Shown piece by piece: positions 49,601 to 63,172 of a stretch of 64,000 bases of DNA. The notes beneath the pieces are model-generated. The model was given only the letters and a program-made list of their open reading frames with translations, had not been told where the DNA came from and did no database searches. This DNA comes from Hydrolagus affinis (lineage: Eukaryota): NCBI GenBank assembly GCA_012026655.1, contig JAAILG010000063.1, positions 1-64,000 on the forward strand, read 5' to 3'. The position numbers were made by a program, and so were the translations under genes. How positions within the stretch are numbered: position 1 is the stretch's first letter; each line of letters begins with the position of its first letter.

Positions 49601-52600
49601 CCCCCTGGCTACTTGCCAGTAAGCTTCTCAACCATATTCCCTAACCTTTCCACAATTACATGCTTTTGCAAAAGGCTGCTTGGTAGTTACGTCAGCTAGA
49701 GACTTCTACATGCTATCTCCAGTGTTTTCATCTTTTCTCTTTGGTTTCTTACTCCCTCTCTAATTCCTGTGGAATGAATGCTGAATTTAAAAACATCAGT
49801 TTCCTTTTATGAAGCATATAACCCTCAGGGGCATGTACAGCCAGAACAAAAACTAGCTTGAAAGCTCTCAGCGAGTCAGTTGTATGGATGGCTTTGAATT
49901 AATATTAGATTTCCTCCAATATTAGTCTTTGCTTTTTAACATTATGCAGCCTCTTGAAAATGTAATATGTTCCATCAGTATCTGTTAACTCAAAGGCAGT
50001 ATAATTTTGTATAATCGGGAATATGCTCTATATTTTTTGTTTTATCCAGTCAACTGGTTTTAAAATGTATTGTTTACTAGAGTTATATAAACACACTAGT
50101 ATTTAGTCAACAATCCCATATAAAACATTTTCTGCTGCTGCCACTTTGTGTTGGTGTTTGTGCAAGAGAAGTCTCAAATGGGGAGGGGAAAAATTGTGAT
50201 CAACCTATAGTGGGAAAGAATCTTTTGAGTATCTCAACTGTGTATTTGCTGGAGTATGGTTTCAGAGGCACCTTTTCCTCCACTGGTTTCTTCAGCTGTG
50301 AGTGTCGGCCGTCTATTCACCACCAGTGGGGCATTGTAGTTCAGGTCAATCTTTTTTTCAGCATTTCAGTGGGCATGCTTCACAGAAGAGGTCACTGGAT
50401 AGCAATCAACAGCCACATAAATTTGGCACAGAAGAAGCATTGCCTGGCCAGTTTGTCTCTTCCCTCCCATTTCTACAGTCCAGGAACAGTGAGTCCAATT
50501 GTAGCATAATGTTCTGGTGCTGCATTAACTCAGTTAGTACAAAATCTACCTGAATTGCCCACTATAGGGCAAAATGCTAAGATTGTCAATTTGTTTAATG
50601 ATACAAAAATGGACAGTTTGCATAGACAAGTTTTAAATAGGTAAAACTCTTAAGGCATTGGGTGTTCTTGGTTTACACCTTGTATTTAAATACACTGGTA
50701 GAACAAGCTTTTTTGAGTGAAGGTAAATACTGACCGGAACTAGAATCTAACCAACAGATTCACTAGTTACATGCATCTTTACACTGGAATGCACACTGGC
50801 AGACATTTGCTGCCTCTGATCTGTGGCTTTCTATCTCAAAAGCAAATGTTCCCATGCCACAATTTATTTGCGTATGTTTGGTTGCAAAAATGTGAAATGT
50901 GAATCCAGCTGGAAAGTATAGTTCAAATAATAATCACAACATGGGAGACCAACCGTAGTCTCATGGGCTGGCTTTCCTACCAAACATTTTCAGCCAGATA
51001 TATTGTTCCATAGTGTGAATGTGGACGTTGCAATGTGTCTGCTAGTTTTACTGTTTTGTACTGTGTTGTATCTCATTTTACACAGGCCTGTTGTTTGCAT
51101 ATGAAGGTTGTTGTTGTTGCAGCTTTAACAATGCCACTTTTATATTTGGCTGCTGGAAGGCAGACTACTTACCGCCTGTCGAGTTTGTTTTCCCCTTAAG
51201 GGGTACCCATGTGTACTGAGTGCGACTTTCTACAGATTAAAGGATCAAACCTGAACTACAATTCTGTGACAAAAGAATAAATTGTATTAATCCATACATA
51301 GTATTCCTCTAGCAGATGTGATTTGCTCTTCCTCTTTTCAATTCTTCTGAAGGTTTTAAAAAAAAATTATTTCTTTCTCCTGTGTTAGTTCCACAGATGC
51401 ACCCCCTGATACCTTCCCATTCAACCATAAATTTAACTACCTCAGCAAATCTAACTTGTGATTTTGTATAAATGGCTCAGGGCTCAGGGCTGCACCAGAC
51501 CCTTCCTTATGCACCCGGATATTGGCATACTTGTTTGGTCAGTCACTTAAGTGGTGTTGCACTTATGTTGATTAAAGTGTTTATGTTAAGTCATAAAGTG
51601 TGTTGGAACAGCATAATTTAATGAAGGCCTTGAGGATTTTACTTTTTTGTTTGAATAAGATAGGAACAGAAGTAGCCATTCAGCTGGTTGACCCCGTTAC
51701 AATTTTTGTATTAGATTATGCAAATCTTTTAATTTCCTTGCTTTTGCTCCCATTTCTTAATGTTCATTCATACGTAACAGGTTCACTCTTTAACCTTTTA
51801 ACATCTCAATTGATTCTGTACCTGGCCCTCTGAGGCAGTGCTTTCCACATCCTTGCAGTACTTTATGTGAAGAAATGATTTTGATATCACTCCTAATTGG
51901 CTTTGCTCATTCAGCCTATGACCCTGCTTCCTCTAGGGAGTCAGACATTGTCTTGCTTGTCAATTTCCTAATCAACCCCGATCAACCTTAACTCACTGGA
52001 ATATAACCCATGTTTACCTTGATGCTCATCATGGCTATGGACCTTTAACCCAGATTTCTTAGATGTCCCCTAATCTGGTGATTTTTGCTGGATGCTCTTT
52101 AATGCTGGTCTACACTTTCTTCATATTTTTAAATGGCTAAAACTCAACACAATACTCCAGATAAAATCTGACCAGTGCTCTGTACAATTGCAGCACCACA
52201 TCCTTTTATCCAATTTCAAAACAAGATATTTGAAATAGAATATTGAATGTTTGAAACATCAATTTTCTTTTCACTTGTGAAACTTACTTAATGTGTTTGG
52301 CTCATTCCATTTCTGCTTGTCCTGGAATAAAGTTTCTTTCAGAAAGAGCAAAATATTCAATGTAAGATTGAATATTTAGATATTGTGAGTTTCTGAGTCT
52401 GAGATACATTAAATACTTTTTTTCATTCCAATAAACTGACCAAGAGATTACTGTTGATGGGAGGCTAGATTATGGTCGAGGGTTTGATTTGTTTTTGTCT
52501 TCCTGTTAGTTACTGTACTGGCAGGAATTGTCCATCACATCAGACATTGACTTTAGCTCCATTATTCATAACTTGAATGGGCATCCTCTTGTTTGCCCTT

Positions 52601-53674
52601 TTTATATATTTAGTAGCTCCAGTAATCGGCTTTAAAACATTTGCAAATGTTTTTTATTGGTTAATTACTGGGCTTAGTTTTGTCAAATGTTTTGAATATA
52701 AAAAAATTAGCTTTTATAGCTCAGGTAATTCAAAAGTACATTTATAAAACAATGCCTGCAGGTAAAGATCGAATGATGTATTAAAATATTTAAAAACGCA
52801 TTACAATCCTTGCACTTGACTTTTCGCCCCTAAATACTTCACAGAATATACTGTATATATATATAACTATAGTGACTGTTTAATTTTTTGGTAAACACGG
52901 CTGCAAATTTGTACACAGCAATGTTCCACAAATAGCTATAGATGACCAATTTTGCTTGAGGGACTGTTGGCCAGGACACCAAGAGAAACCTTTTTTTTTG
53001 AATAGTACTTTAACTAGACAACAACTTAAAATAATTAGTACTGCAGAGGCTGTTTAATCACTATTAAAATGTTAAGGGAATTTTGGTATGGTTGCTAAAT
53101 ATCTGTCTAATCCTTAAAGCTTCATATGTGAAAAGGATTTAAAGAAGTTATTTCATCTGCACTGTATTTGGTGAACAACAATTGAGTAATTTCAGTTTCT
53201 TCCATTTGTGACTGGTATCTTGAAGCACACTTGTCACATTCTGCTGGTTTTCCAGTTATTTCAGCGTATTGCCAATAAAATTCAGGAAAAAACAATTTCT
53301 GCTGATTTGACAGGTTAAATAACATTTCATTATTTTTCCAGTAATGGTCAGGTGCATACATAGATATATAATGCTGGTAGTCAGTTGTATAAAGTACTTT
53401 TGACATGTTCTCCCGATATGTATAGCAATATATAAATTGTTGCACCAAGAACTGTTGCTCCCTATGTAATTCATCGCATGCTCAAAATGTTATTTTTTTA
53501 CTCTAAACTTCCTCTAATTTTGCCTCATACAGTATGTGGCATTTCCTACAGGCAACAATTTCAATCAACTAAAGAGATCTTGATTAACAGTTTTAATGTG
53601 TCTGCTCTCTTGTGTAGAATTTCTAGGGTAAATGGGTAAGTGCAGCTAGAATTCACTACTTATCCTATAACTGT

Positions 53675-54005
53675 TAATCCTTGCATTTGATATAGCTCTT
53701 TTCACATCTTATCGACGTCTCAAAGCGCTTCACAGAATATACTGTAAAGTGAATTGACTGTATATATTTGTGGGCGAATTGCGGCAGCCAATTGCGCACA
53801 GCAGTGTCCCACAAACAGTCGTGGATTGAAATGACCAATTTTATTATTGTGGTTTTTTTGGAGGGATTATTATTAGGCGTGTGGAGTAAGGAAACTTGCC
53901 CAAGGTTTCGCCCTGACCTGCCTGGATTCGAACACATATCTCCCCAGCTTGAGTCTCCCCAGCTTGCAAGACAAGTGCTCTAACCACTGAACCACAGGAG
54001 CTCCA
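53675..54005 (-). mobile_element. Full-length tRNA-derived SINE, same family
   Basis: Reverse complement of the 5527 copy with a short internal duplication in the head. Confidence 0.85.
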
Positions 54006-55712
54006 CTTGCATCTCAGATATATGTAACCAGAAATGCTTGCTTTTTTTTGTTAAAATTACCAACAGTATTCTATGTTCTTTCAGGACGCTGTGCAGGAGG
54101 GTTTTGATATGAAACACGCAGATCTATCTCTTGTCCTCCCCTGTTAGCATTGACTCATGGTGGGGTGTAGTTTCACAGATGCCAGCAACCCTGTGATAAC
54201 GAGCAGCACTTTGTTCATGTGTGAGCCTAAATAGTGAAAATGTTTGTGTTCAAACCTGGAATGTTACAGCTAACCCCTCTGAACCACGTTTACTTCTTCA
54301 GTGAAACTTGTGACCAATTGGAGCACTCACTACCTCTGTAATTGAGACTTAACAATAATTGAACCTAGGGCCTTTCGGATCTATGCAGCTAAGTAAATTG
54401 TGTAATTATTGAATCATGAGGAAGGTCCCCTATTTGATAAACTTTAATCAGTATGGCGGTGGAAGAGTGAGTTTTTTCTTTATCTATTTGATGGTTTGAA
54501 ATTTATGTGATGAAATATTTGCCTTGATTAATTTATTTCCAAATGGAAAATTGGTAGCAAAGGAGAGAGGAGATTGCAAAAGAAAACTGTGATTATCCCA
54601 ATATAGTTTGATGAAGAGCCGAGTGTTCTGTTGCCTCTAATCATTAATAGTACAGAAGTGATCTAGACTTCCTGGAAACTTTAAACCATAAAAATGCTTT
54701 TTAAACGTGGCATAGTGCAACTGGTGTGAAGCCTTGACAACATCTGCTGAGCTACTGTTTTCCTTGTTTCATGTTTCAGTTGCACCCAAGTCAATCTCCA
54801 ACTACAATTTTCTCCCTTGATGCAACAAAATTATATTGGTAGAGCACCTTTCACGTTGGAAGAAAGAACATAAACCTATCTTTGTGAATCTTTTAAGAAA
54901 GGCTCACAGAACTGTTGTGATTGAACCTTGGGGCTATTGTGGCACCCCTGAACTAAGTTCACTTTGTGATGAATAGGATTCACGGTTTGTCTTAGATTTA
55001 CAGTTTAGTTTTTGAGCATTTATTATTTTGTATGTATTGACTGTTACGTGGCTAATTGTTAAACCAGATACATTTTGTTAAATTTTTAATATCGAAGGTG
55101 TGGGGAAGACATGGAAGCGGAACACAACCTCCTGATGTGAAAGACACTCTATAAATGTAATTTTGTTGTTGTTGTTGTTGTTGTTAATGATACAACAATC
55201 CAGCTTTAATCCAGCTATATGTCATTTAAAAAAAAATCTTGCATCTAACCTGATCTGTATTGGTTAAGAGGTTATTATTTTTATTAAGAGCTTAAAAATA
55301 GCATCATGTTTATACTTTCTATGTGGAATTAGTCACTTTTTTACAGAAATATTTTGGCAACCTTTTGAAACCAATCCTGTATCTATTGCAAAACAATCTA
55401 ACCGTCATTCCTTGTTAATCTGTTTGATTTGTTTTCTTCTATATGTATAAGAACATAACATAAGAAGTAGGAGCCGGAGTAGGCCATTCGGACCATCGAG
55501 CCTGCCCCGCCATTCAATCATGGCCGATATTCCATTCTACCTCCAGCTACTTGCCTTATCCTCATACTCCTTAATCCCTTTATGAATGAGAAATCTATCT
55601 ATCTCTGTCTTGAATATGTCAGTTTGACTTTATTGTAGGTCACTTGCTTCTGAGTCAGAAGGTTATTGGTTGAAGCCCCACGTTAGGACTTGCAACTGCT
55701 ATATTCTTAATA

Positions 55713-56491
55713 CAGTAAAAGCCCGTTTAATACAGTAACAGCGCCTTGGGACGTCCTCCCGACGTGAAAGGCGCTCTATAAATGTAATTTGTTGTTGTTG
55801 TTGTTGTTCATACGGCACCCGCGGGACCTGGCCATTGCCGGTTAAAGCGTCTGCCGGATATTCAGGTTCTTTTAACACCATACACATCATCCACACCAGA
55901 CTAAATAATAACATAATAACAGAATACTGTATTGGTACTTATTGTTAAAACTACTCCCTTGCGCTTCTCATCTGTGATTTATAGTCCTCAATGCTGGACT
56001 GTTGAGGTTTACAGTCCAGTGATTATTTTTGCAATGGAGGATACCATGTGGGTGAAAAAAATGGCAGCGCGACTTTACTAGCAGCAAGCAGATAACCCTA
56101 GACTCTATTAGCGGCAAACCAAAATACTGTATCTGCGCGACAATGTGGCTAGGGTTATCGGCTTGCCGCTAGGAAGGCTTTAAAGTCACGCTCAGTTTTT
56201 TTCACCCGCTTGGTGTCCTCCATTTTAAAAAGAATCGCTGGACTCTAATCCTCAACCGCAGCATCATGGCTTCAAGCACAGCATCTACCAGTAAAGGTGA
56301 GAAGTGCAAGAGAGTAGTTTTAACAATAAGTACCAGTACAATATTCTGTTATCTTATCATTTATGCATTTACAAATGCTCCACTGCTGTTGTTCCGGATA
56401 CGTTCTAGTTTATCGAATGGGGACTTTTTTTGGCGCGCCGGTTATACGGAAGTGCCGGTTCATCGAGTCACGGATAAATGGGCTTCTACTG
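55713..56491. mobile_element. Tc1/mariner (pogo/Tigger-like) non-autonomous element with nested insertions
   Basis: TA-CAGTAAAAGCCCGTTTA ... TAAATGGGCTTCTACTG-TA imperfect TIRs with TA flanks. Confidence 0.65.
55991..56264. repeat. Long imperfect inverted repeat with arms of about 110-120 bp
   Basis: atgctg..gttgagg..agtccag..aatggagga..gggtgaaaaaaa..gataaccctag is mirrored on the opposite strand. Confidence 0.85.
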
Positions 56492-56492
56492 T

Positions 56493-56746
56493 AATAATCC
56501 TTGCATTTGATATAGCGCTTTTCAGTCTTCTAGATGTCTCGAAGCGCTTCACAGAATATACTGCAGAATGAATTGACTATATATGTGGGTGAAATGTGGC
56601 AGCCTCAAACAGTCATGGATTGAAATAACCAATTTTTTTTGAGGGATTATTATCAGACATGTGGTGGAAGGAAATTTGGCTAAGGTGACACTGTGCCTGA
56701 AATTGAACGCGGGTCGCTCGCTTGTAAGGCGAATGTTTTAACCACT
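56493..56746 (-). mobile_element. tRNA-derived SINE, same family, internally deleted
   Basis: Tail, core and head homology. Confidence 0.75.
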
Positions 56747-56799
56747 TTAGATTTCACTCCACTCCACTCTTGGCTGACATTCTAATGCACTCTTCGACA

Positions 56800-57067
56800 C
56801 TTTTTTTGCTGCTGCGACCCTAAATTGGCCACCAACAGGACCTCTTGACCTGTAGGGGGCGACTGAAGCAAAGCTCAGTCAAGACGATACCTCGTCTCTT
56901 TTGTGGACTCAGCGCAACTCACTAGTACGGTCTTTCATACAGATTGGTCCACTGTGTCACCTCGTGCACTTTTCAGCATTTAAAAAAAATATTATGACGA
57001 CCCTTTGCGACCCTACTGAGGACCCTCACAACCCTTTGGGGTCAGGACCCGAGGTTGGGAACCACTG
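56800..57067. mobile_element. hAT-Charlie-like element end
   Basis: gcgaccc repeats and terminal ggttgggaaccactg. Confidence 0.55.
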
Positions 57068-58397
57068 CTCTAATGCATTGTTGGGGGTGTGCTTCATTGC
57101 TAGACATGCTGCCTTTCAAATGAGCTGTTAAAAACCAAGATCCCATCTATCTGTTCAAGTGGACATTAAAGATCCAATGGGACAATTCAGAAATAGCTTC
57201 ACTTGGTGTCCTGGCCAACAATCCCTTAATAAAATTGATGGTTGACTTCATGACTGTTTGTGGGATATTGCTCTATGCATATATTGTCACATGTTACTCA
57301 CAAGAACAGATTCGCTCTACAGAATATCCCGTGAAGCTCTTCGAAAGTTCCTGTCCACATGAAAGGCAAGTGTAGAATTGCAGTGTGATCACATATGGAA
57401 ATTTGGGTGTATTCTGTGGTCTGCATCATATTTCAGTTGGAGATCATGAAATCCACAAACTGAACAGCTAACTGATCAGAGGCATGTGTTAAACCGGCCT
57501 ATTCTTTACTTCCCCATTCTTTGGTGATACAAAGGCAAATATTGTGTTACTGGGGAATTTCAAACGGGGTAGCAGTTCTGCAAACGTAATACACTTTAAA
57601 TTTTGCATACAGCAATTTAATTACCACTGCCCAGCTGAAGTTTTGCTGATGGTGTACTGCTAGTCAATTGCTTCAACTGACATCAACAACTTGCATTTAT
57701 ATAGCACCCTTCACTTTGGATAGAGATTTGGGTCAATCAATCAATCAAAACTTACATTCATATAGCGCCTTTCATATTGAGAGGACTGTACAGTTAGGTA
57801 GGGACACGAGCAGGGTGGGAGGGGTTGAGGCAGGATGAAGAAGAGTAGGAAAATTGACTATTTGTGGGTGAAACGCGGCAGCCAAATTGTGCATTTCACA
57901 GTGACAAGTTTGTACACCAAGTGAAGAAGAGGGAAGTGTCCATAGGCATGAAATTTATTAGATGGGGTTGTATTGCTAAGGTGATAGCAGGGAGTTCCAG
58001 AGGTAAGGGGTACAGTGAGCTAAGACACAGCCACTGATTTGAGAGATCAGGGGATAAACAGTAGCCCTGTGTGGCGCAAGGGCCAGAGGGGTAGGGAGGT
58101 GTTAGGGTGAGAAAATATTTGTAGGTGCGGATCTTGAAATTCTCAAAATGCAAGGATTAATATTAATACTTCAGGAGACAAAAGAATTAGTGCTGTCTTG
58201 GGTGGTTGTGTGGAGTTTGATTAGGGACGGAACAATTGGATAGATCTGAGGATAAGTTCTTGAGAAAATTCAAGAAAATGTTTTTGAAAGAATTACACAA
58301 AAACTTGCATTTCCTTTGAACAGTGATTAAAATCTTTTATTGACAATTGAGTTGTGTTGAACTACTTTAGTTCATGAAATAACGTTTATCTCCACTA

Positions 58398-59040
58398 ATA
58401 CTTCACTCCAACAGCTGCCGAAACCCAGGTGCCTTTGTCACCACTTGGANNNNNNNNNNNNNNNNNNNNNNNNNNNNNNNNNNNNNNNNNNNNNNNNNNN
58501 NNNNNNNNNNNNNNNNNNNNNNNNNNNNNNNNNNNNNNNNNNNNNNNNNNNNNNNNNNNNNNNNNNNNNNNNNNNNNNNNNNNACACAAAACTGACGCCC
58601 GCATTCTCACCCGCACCAAACTTCGCACCCCAATTATCCCAGTCCTTGTCAAACTGCACTGGCTGCCTATTACAGGGCAGATCGACTTCAAGATCTTCAA
58701 GCTTATATTTAAATCCCTCCACTCCTCTGAACCCTCCTCCCAGCAGTACCTGGTGTTTCGGCCCTTCTGAATCCAGCCTTTCCTTGTCCCCTGAATCCCC
58801 CGCTCCACCATTGGCCGTGCTTTCATTCACTACTCCCCGAAACTTTGGAACTCTCCCTCAAAACCATTGCCTCGCCCCCTCCTTTCCCATCCCGGTCATG
58901 CCTGAAGACCTTTCTCTTCAACCGTACTTACGGTCACCTTCCCTATCCACCTGGCTCAGCCTGAGGCTCCTCCATTGTGAAGCACTCTTGAGATGCTGCC
59001 TGGCGTGGAGTGCGCTATATCAATGCAAGTTGTCATCGTT
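58398..59040 (+). mobile_element. L2 3' fragment spanning an N gap
   Basis: ARILTRTKLRTPIIPVLVKLHWLPI..IDFKI; similar to the 42-kb copy. Confidence 0.85.
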
Positions 59041-59995
59041 TTAAACACTACAAACCTTGGGGAAGTTTCCTTACTCCACATGCCTGATAATAATTTCCAA
59101 TCCATGATTGTTCGTCGGATACTGTGGTGTGCAATTGGCTGCCGCATTTTGCCCACATGTATACAGTCGATTCACTTTACAGTATATTCTGTGAAGCTCT
59201 TTGAGATGTCTGGAAGATGTGAAAAGCACTATATAACATGCAAGGATTATTATTATACTATCTATTATTGTACCATGGAGTAAACAGCTATAGATTATTT
59301 TGTGAGTAACCTGATGCTCAAACCACTTCTGTCCTAGTGAATCAGGTGAAGTGAAAGATGGGAATTTGACATTCTGTATTTCTCCTTCTAGCATTTCAAA
59401 TGTCATGCTCTGTACACATGTCATATCGGATGATTGCATTTCAGCCACACAGTGTAAAACGCATTGCATTTTATTCTCTGTGGGGAGGGGGTGGCATAGT
59501 GAAATCTCAGCTGATATTGCTGAGTAATCATATTCTAAAATAAACTTTCCATTATTTAGGAATGTGAAAACGTTCCTAGTCAGCTTCATAGCTGCCACTG
59601 GTTTTGTGTGATGATCCTTTGTCGCCTGTGTTCTGACAGTTTGTCTGGTAGTGCTTAATCTATTACTGTGCTGTTCTACATTTTTGTTAGAGTTAATCTT
59701 ATAGATGCTTTTTAGGTACTACTGTAGTAGTCTATTTTAAATGCCCAGTTAGTGTAACTTTGCACCATTGTGAGTGCCCATTTTGGTGGTTTTGATCTAT
59801 TCCGTAGCATTGAATTAATTCCTCATTATTGCCTCAAATATCAAGAATGCTGTGTTGGCTGTTCTTATCCTTTAACAAAGGGCTGAAGTGTGTTACATGA
59901 CAATCATGTGGGTAAGATATTTGATGCTCCAAACTCCCAAAAGTGAACCTTATGCATTTTAGCAATGCCTTTTCAACATTGCGATGGTTTCATGA

Positions 59996-60235
59996 CTCAA
60001 AGCGCTTCACTGGATCTACTGTAAAGTGAATTGATTGTATATGTTGTGGGCGTAACGCAGCAGCCAATTGCGCACAGCCGTATCCCACAAACAGCCAAAT
60101 CCCACTGCTGTGCGCAATTGGCTGCCTTGTTTCGCCCACGTATATACAGTCAATTCACTTTACAGTATATTCTGTGAAATGCTTTGAGACGTCTAGAGAC
60201 GTGAAAAGCGCTACATCAAATGCAAGGATTATTAT
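59996..60235. repeat. Head-to-head inverted pair of SINE 3' halves
   Basis: 59996-60078 is the reverse complement of about 60107-60189. Confidence 0.85.
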
Positions 60236-61158
60236 CTCACTCAGCAAAATAGCCAAGAGAGTCTATTAAGTCTAGTGCCATGTATAGGTTATATAATCCT
60301 GGTACCATTTAAAGACTAATTCAAATCTTGTACTACTTTTACTACTGCAGACTTGATTTTAATCCTAAAATAATTTCATCAAAAGAAAGGTAAATTTACA
60401 AAGTAAATCACAAGTAATATTTGCTGATCGATTATTTGTATTTTCCTTCTCCTCTCCCACCCCACAAAACATTTTTCTTACATAGAGTACAAGAATTAAC
60501 TATCTTTAGCAGATCACAAACGTAGGTAAACTTTGTTTCTGAATTGCTGTCAGTTTGTCTTTACAAATGTCTTTTATAGTTCAAATAGCTTCAAAGGCTG
60601 CTTGTATTGGTTTAAATAAATGTTTAAAATGTGTTTGTACAGTTTACAGTAAGACATCTATGTGATTACTGGAGAGCTTGATATTTACACAGTCAACAAC
60701 AGTTTGACCAATTCAATGTGCTCTACACCTTTTATCATAATATTCATCTTGTGTCAACAAAACTTGTTGCAGTACTGTTTGCAGATGGTGAGAGATTTTT
60801 AAATTAATATTTCAAGTGACTCTTCTTCCAAGGCACAGGAGGAAACACACCCATAATTTGGCGTTAACAGCCTTACTGTTTTAAACCGCTTGCATTAACT
60901 CATTTGTAAAGAATACTTGTACTTTGGTGATATTGCACTACATTGAAGATGTATCTGTTTCCAAAACATTTAGATCCCAAACTCAGATTCTAATAAATGT
61001 TCAGAATAGCATTTGTGAATATTAATATTGGATAATTTGTCCAGGGTGATTGCTCAATTGGGTGTCAATTACCACTACTTTTCTGACGTGTGCTATATTT
61101 ATTTTCTGTTCTAGTTTGCCTGTTAACCAATACAATTTTCATTTATTTTCTTTTACAG

Positions 61159-61249
61159 GTGCCCTAGTAGGCACGTATGTTGTACTGAGCAACAGGAACG
61201 TTCCTCTATTGCAGCAAACATTGCACCAGATGACAGCTTTGAAGAAAAG
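61159..61249 (+). CDS. SUCO: SUCO exon 2 (CPSRHVCCTEQQERSSIAANIAPDDSFEEK)
   Basis: ttttcttttacag acceptor, gtgaga donor; phase 2/0; matches human LPSWRVCCKE. Confidence 0.88.
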
Positions 61250-61956
61250 GTGAGACTTACATTAAAGTAAGAAACCAAGGTGGTGGATCTGCATTGTCAA
61301 TGATGTGAAACTTCTGGCAGGGTGAGATTAAGAGTAAGCCAGCAGCCAATTGCACAGTGTCCCACAAACAGCCGAGGATTGAAATAACCATTGAAATGGA
61401 TTGAAATAAATGCTTACTGCAAGGATTGGAACAATTTCTTCTCCTCTGGTATTCTGTTTAGACCCCACTGGGGAGAATTATGCAGCAATAGAATAGAACA
61501 CCAACCTATTGGTTGTAGATGGTTGGGATGTAAGTTTAATATTTTTCTTCTTCTGCTGCTCATTGTTGCTCATTCAAAAAGTCAGTTAGTAATTTTGGAT
61601 AGTGGGATAGATCACATGACTTCATGTGTACAGCGTTACTACGTTTTATAAGCAGTTCTAGCAACTTTGACAAATTCTGCTCAATGTAGTCTTCCTATCC
61701 GTTCATGTATGGTTTCTAAAAATTAGTTAAACATAGAACTTTACAGCACAACAGGAGGCCATTCGGCCCATTGAGTCTGTGCTGGCTCTTTGAAAAGAGC
61801 TATTCAAAGTCAATTCCACTCCCTAGTTCTCCCCATAACCCCGCAAACCGGTCCTGCCCAAACATTATGATGTTTAAATACAGAAGATATTTTTACTTAA
61901 GAGTATTCTTTGACGCTGTTGCATTACATTAAACAAATCACAATTAAATTATCTAG

Positions 61957-62061
61957 CCCAAACAAGATGTGGAGATCGAATCTACAGATGTTAAACCTCC
62001 AGATGTTAGCAGTCAATTTGCAGATCCATTATTAGAAGACTATACAAAAGTTGACCAACAG
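61957..62061 (+). CDS. SUCO: Probable SUCO exon 3 (PKQDVEIESTDVKPPDVSSQFADPLLEDYTKVDQQ)
   Basis: 105 nt open frame, phase 0/0, CAG|gtaaga donor; the acceptor is A-rich and weak. Confidence 0.6.
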
Positions 62062-62560
62062 GTAAGATTGTGGAACTATGATTGCATTCTTGAACTATTC
62101 TAAAATTAAGTGCTCTAAAATCATACTTTAACAAGACATTAGTTTGCATTTGTATTGCTGAATTCAGTTCTGGACACTCCATTCCAGAGTAGCTATCACA
62201 GCCATGGAAAGGGAACACCTAATGATGCACTGGGGATAAGGGTTATTGAAGTTGAGCTTGCATAGCTAATGATAACTGAGTATCCATTAGAGGCCTTCAA
62301 AATTCCCAACACATTTTGAGAGAATAGTGAAAGATTATTGCGGCTGCTTGCTTAATTAACGATTGGAAGAAGTGCTCAGAATTCTCATTGGAAACGTTAT
62401 GGGGGCAGTTAAAAGAAATCTCAGGCAAAAAAATTATTAGTACATAGAATGCTTTGCCACAAATTGCTATTGAGGCTGAAATCATGGTGTACAAAAGAGA
62501 ATCGAATAAACATTTGAAAAATTGTATAAAGTGGTTTGAGCAAAGATTAGGATTAGAGTA

Positions 62561-63172
62561 CAGGTAGACCCCGCTTACCGAAAGGCCGGTNNNNNNNNNN
62601 NNNNNNNNNNNNNNNNNNNNNNNNNNNNNNNNNNNNNNNNNNNNNNNNNNNNNNNNNNNNNNNNNNNNNNNNNNNNNNNNNNNNNNNNNNGGGAGGTAGA
62701 GAGAAAGAGAGGGGGGGGAGGTTAGAGAGAAAGAGAGGAGGGGAAGGGGGGGGTAAAGAGAAAGGGGCGGGGTGGTAGATAGAAGGAGGGGAGGGGGGCA
62801 TAGAGAGAAAGAGAGGACTGGAGGGACGAAAGAAGTGAGTCCGGAGTCAGGAAATGCCTCGGTCCAGGTTGCGATATTTCAGTGTGGTGACTGTGAAGAC
62901 CTGGCCTGGAATAGGTAGGATTGGCGTTTTTATTCCTGCAATTTTTGTCACATTCCGGATTTGGGAACTCCGGACTTTTGGCTGCTCAATCTGTACACCG
63001 AAAATGTTAGCGCTAGGAACTGCTAGGAACTAAACAGATTTTAGCGGGGAGGCTAAAATCAGTCGGGTCTGCCGCCAAATACAGTAATACAGTTAAACTC
63101 TCGTTTAACAAAATTTTCGCTTAACGAAGGGTTTTAAAGTCCCTAACCCCTTCATTAAGCGGGGTCTATCTG
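62561..63172. mobile_element. Composite Tigger-like MITE(s) containing an N gap
   Basis: TA-CAGGTAGACCCCGCTTA ... TAAGCGGGGTCTATCTG-TA TIRs; further TIR-like ends at 62993 and 63090. Confidence 0.6.

Noticed and set aside
59071-59598. 175-aa minus-strand ORF
   Set aside because: About a third is antisense SINE; no recognisable domain or splice support
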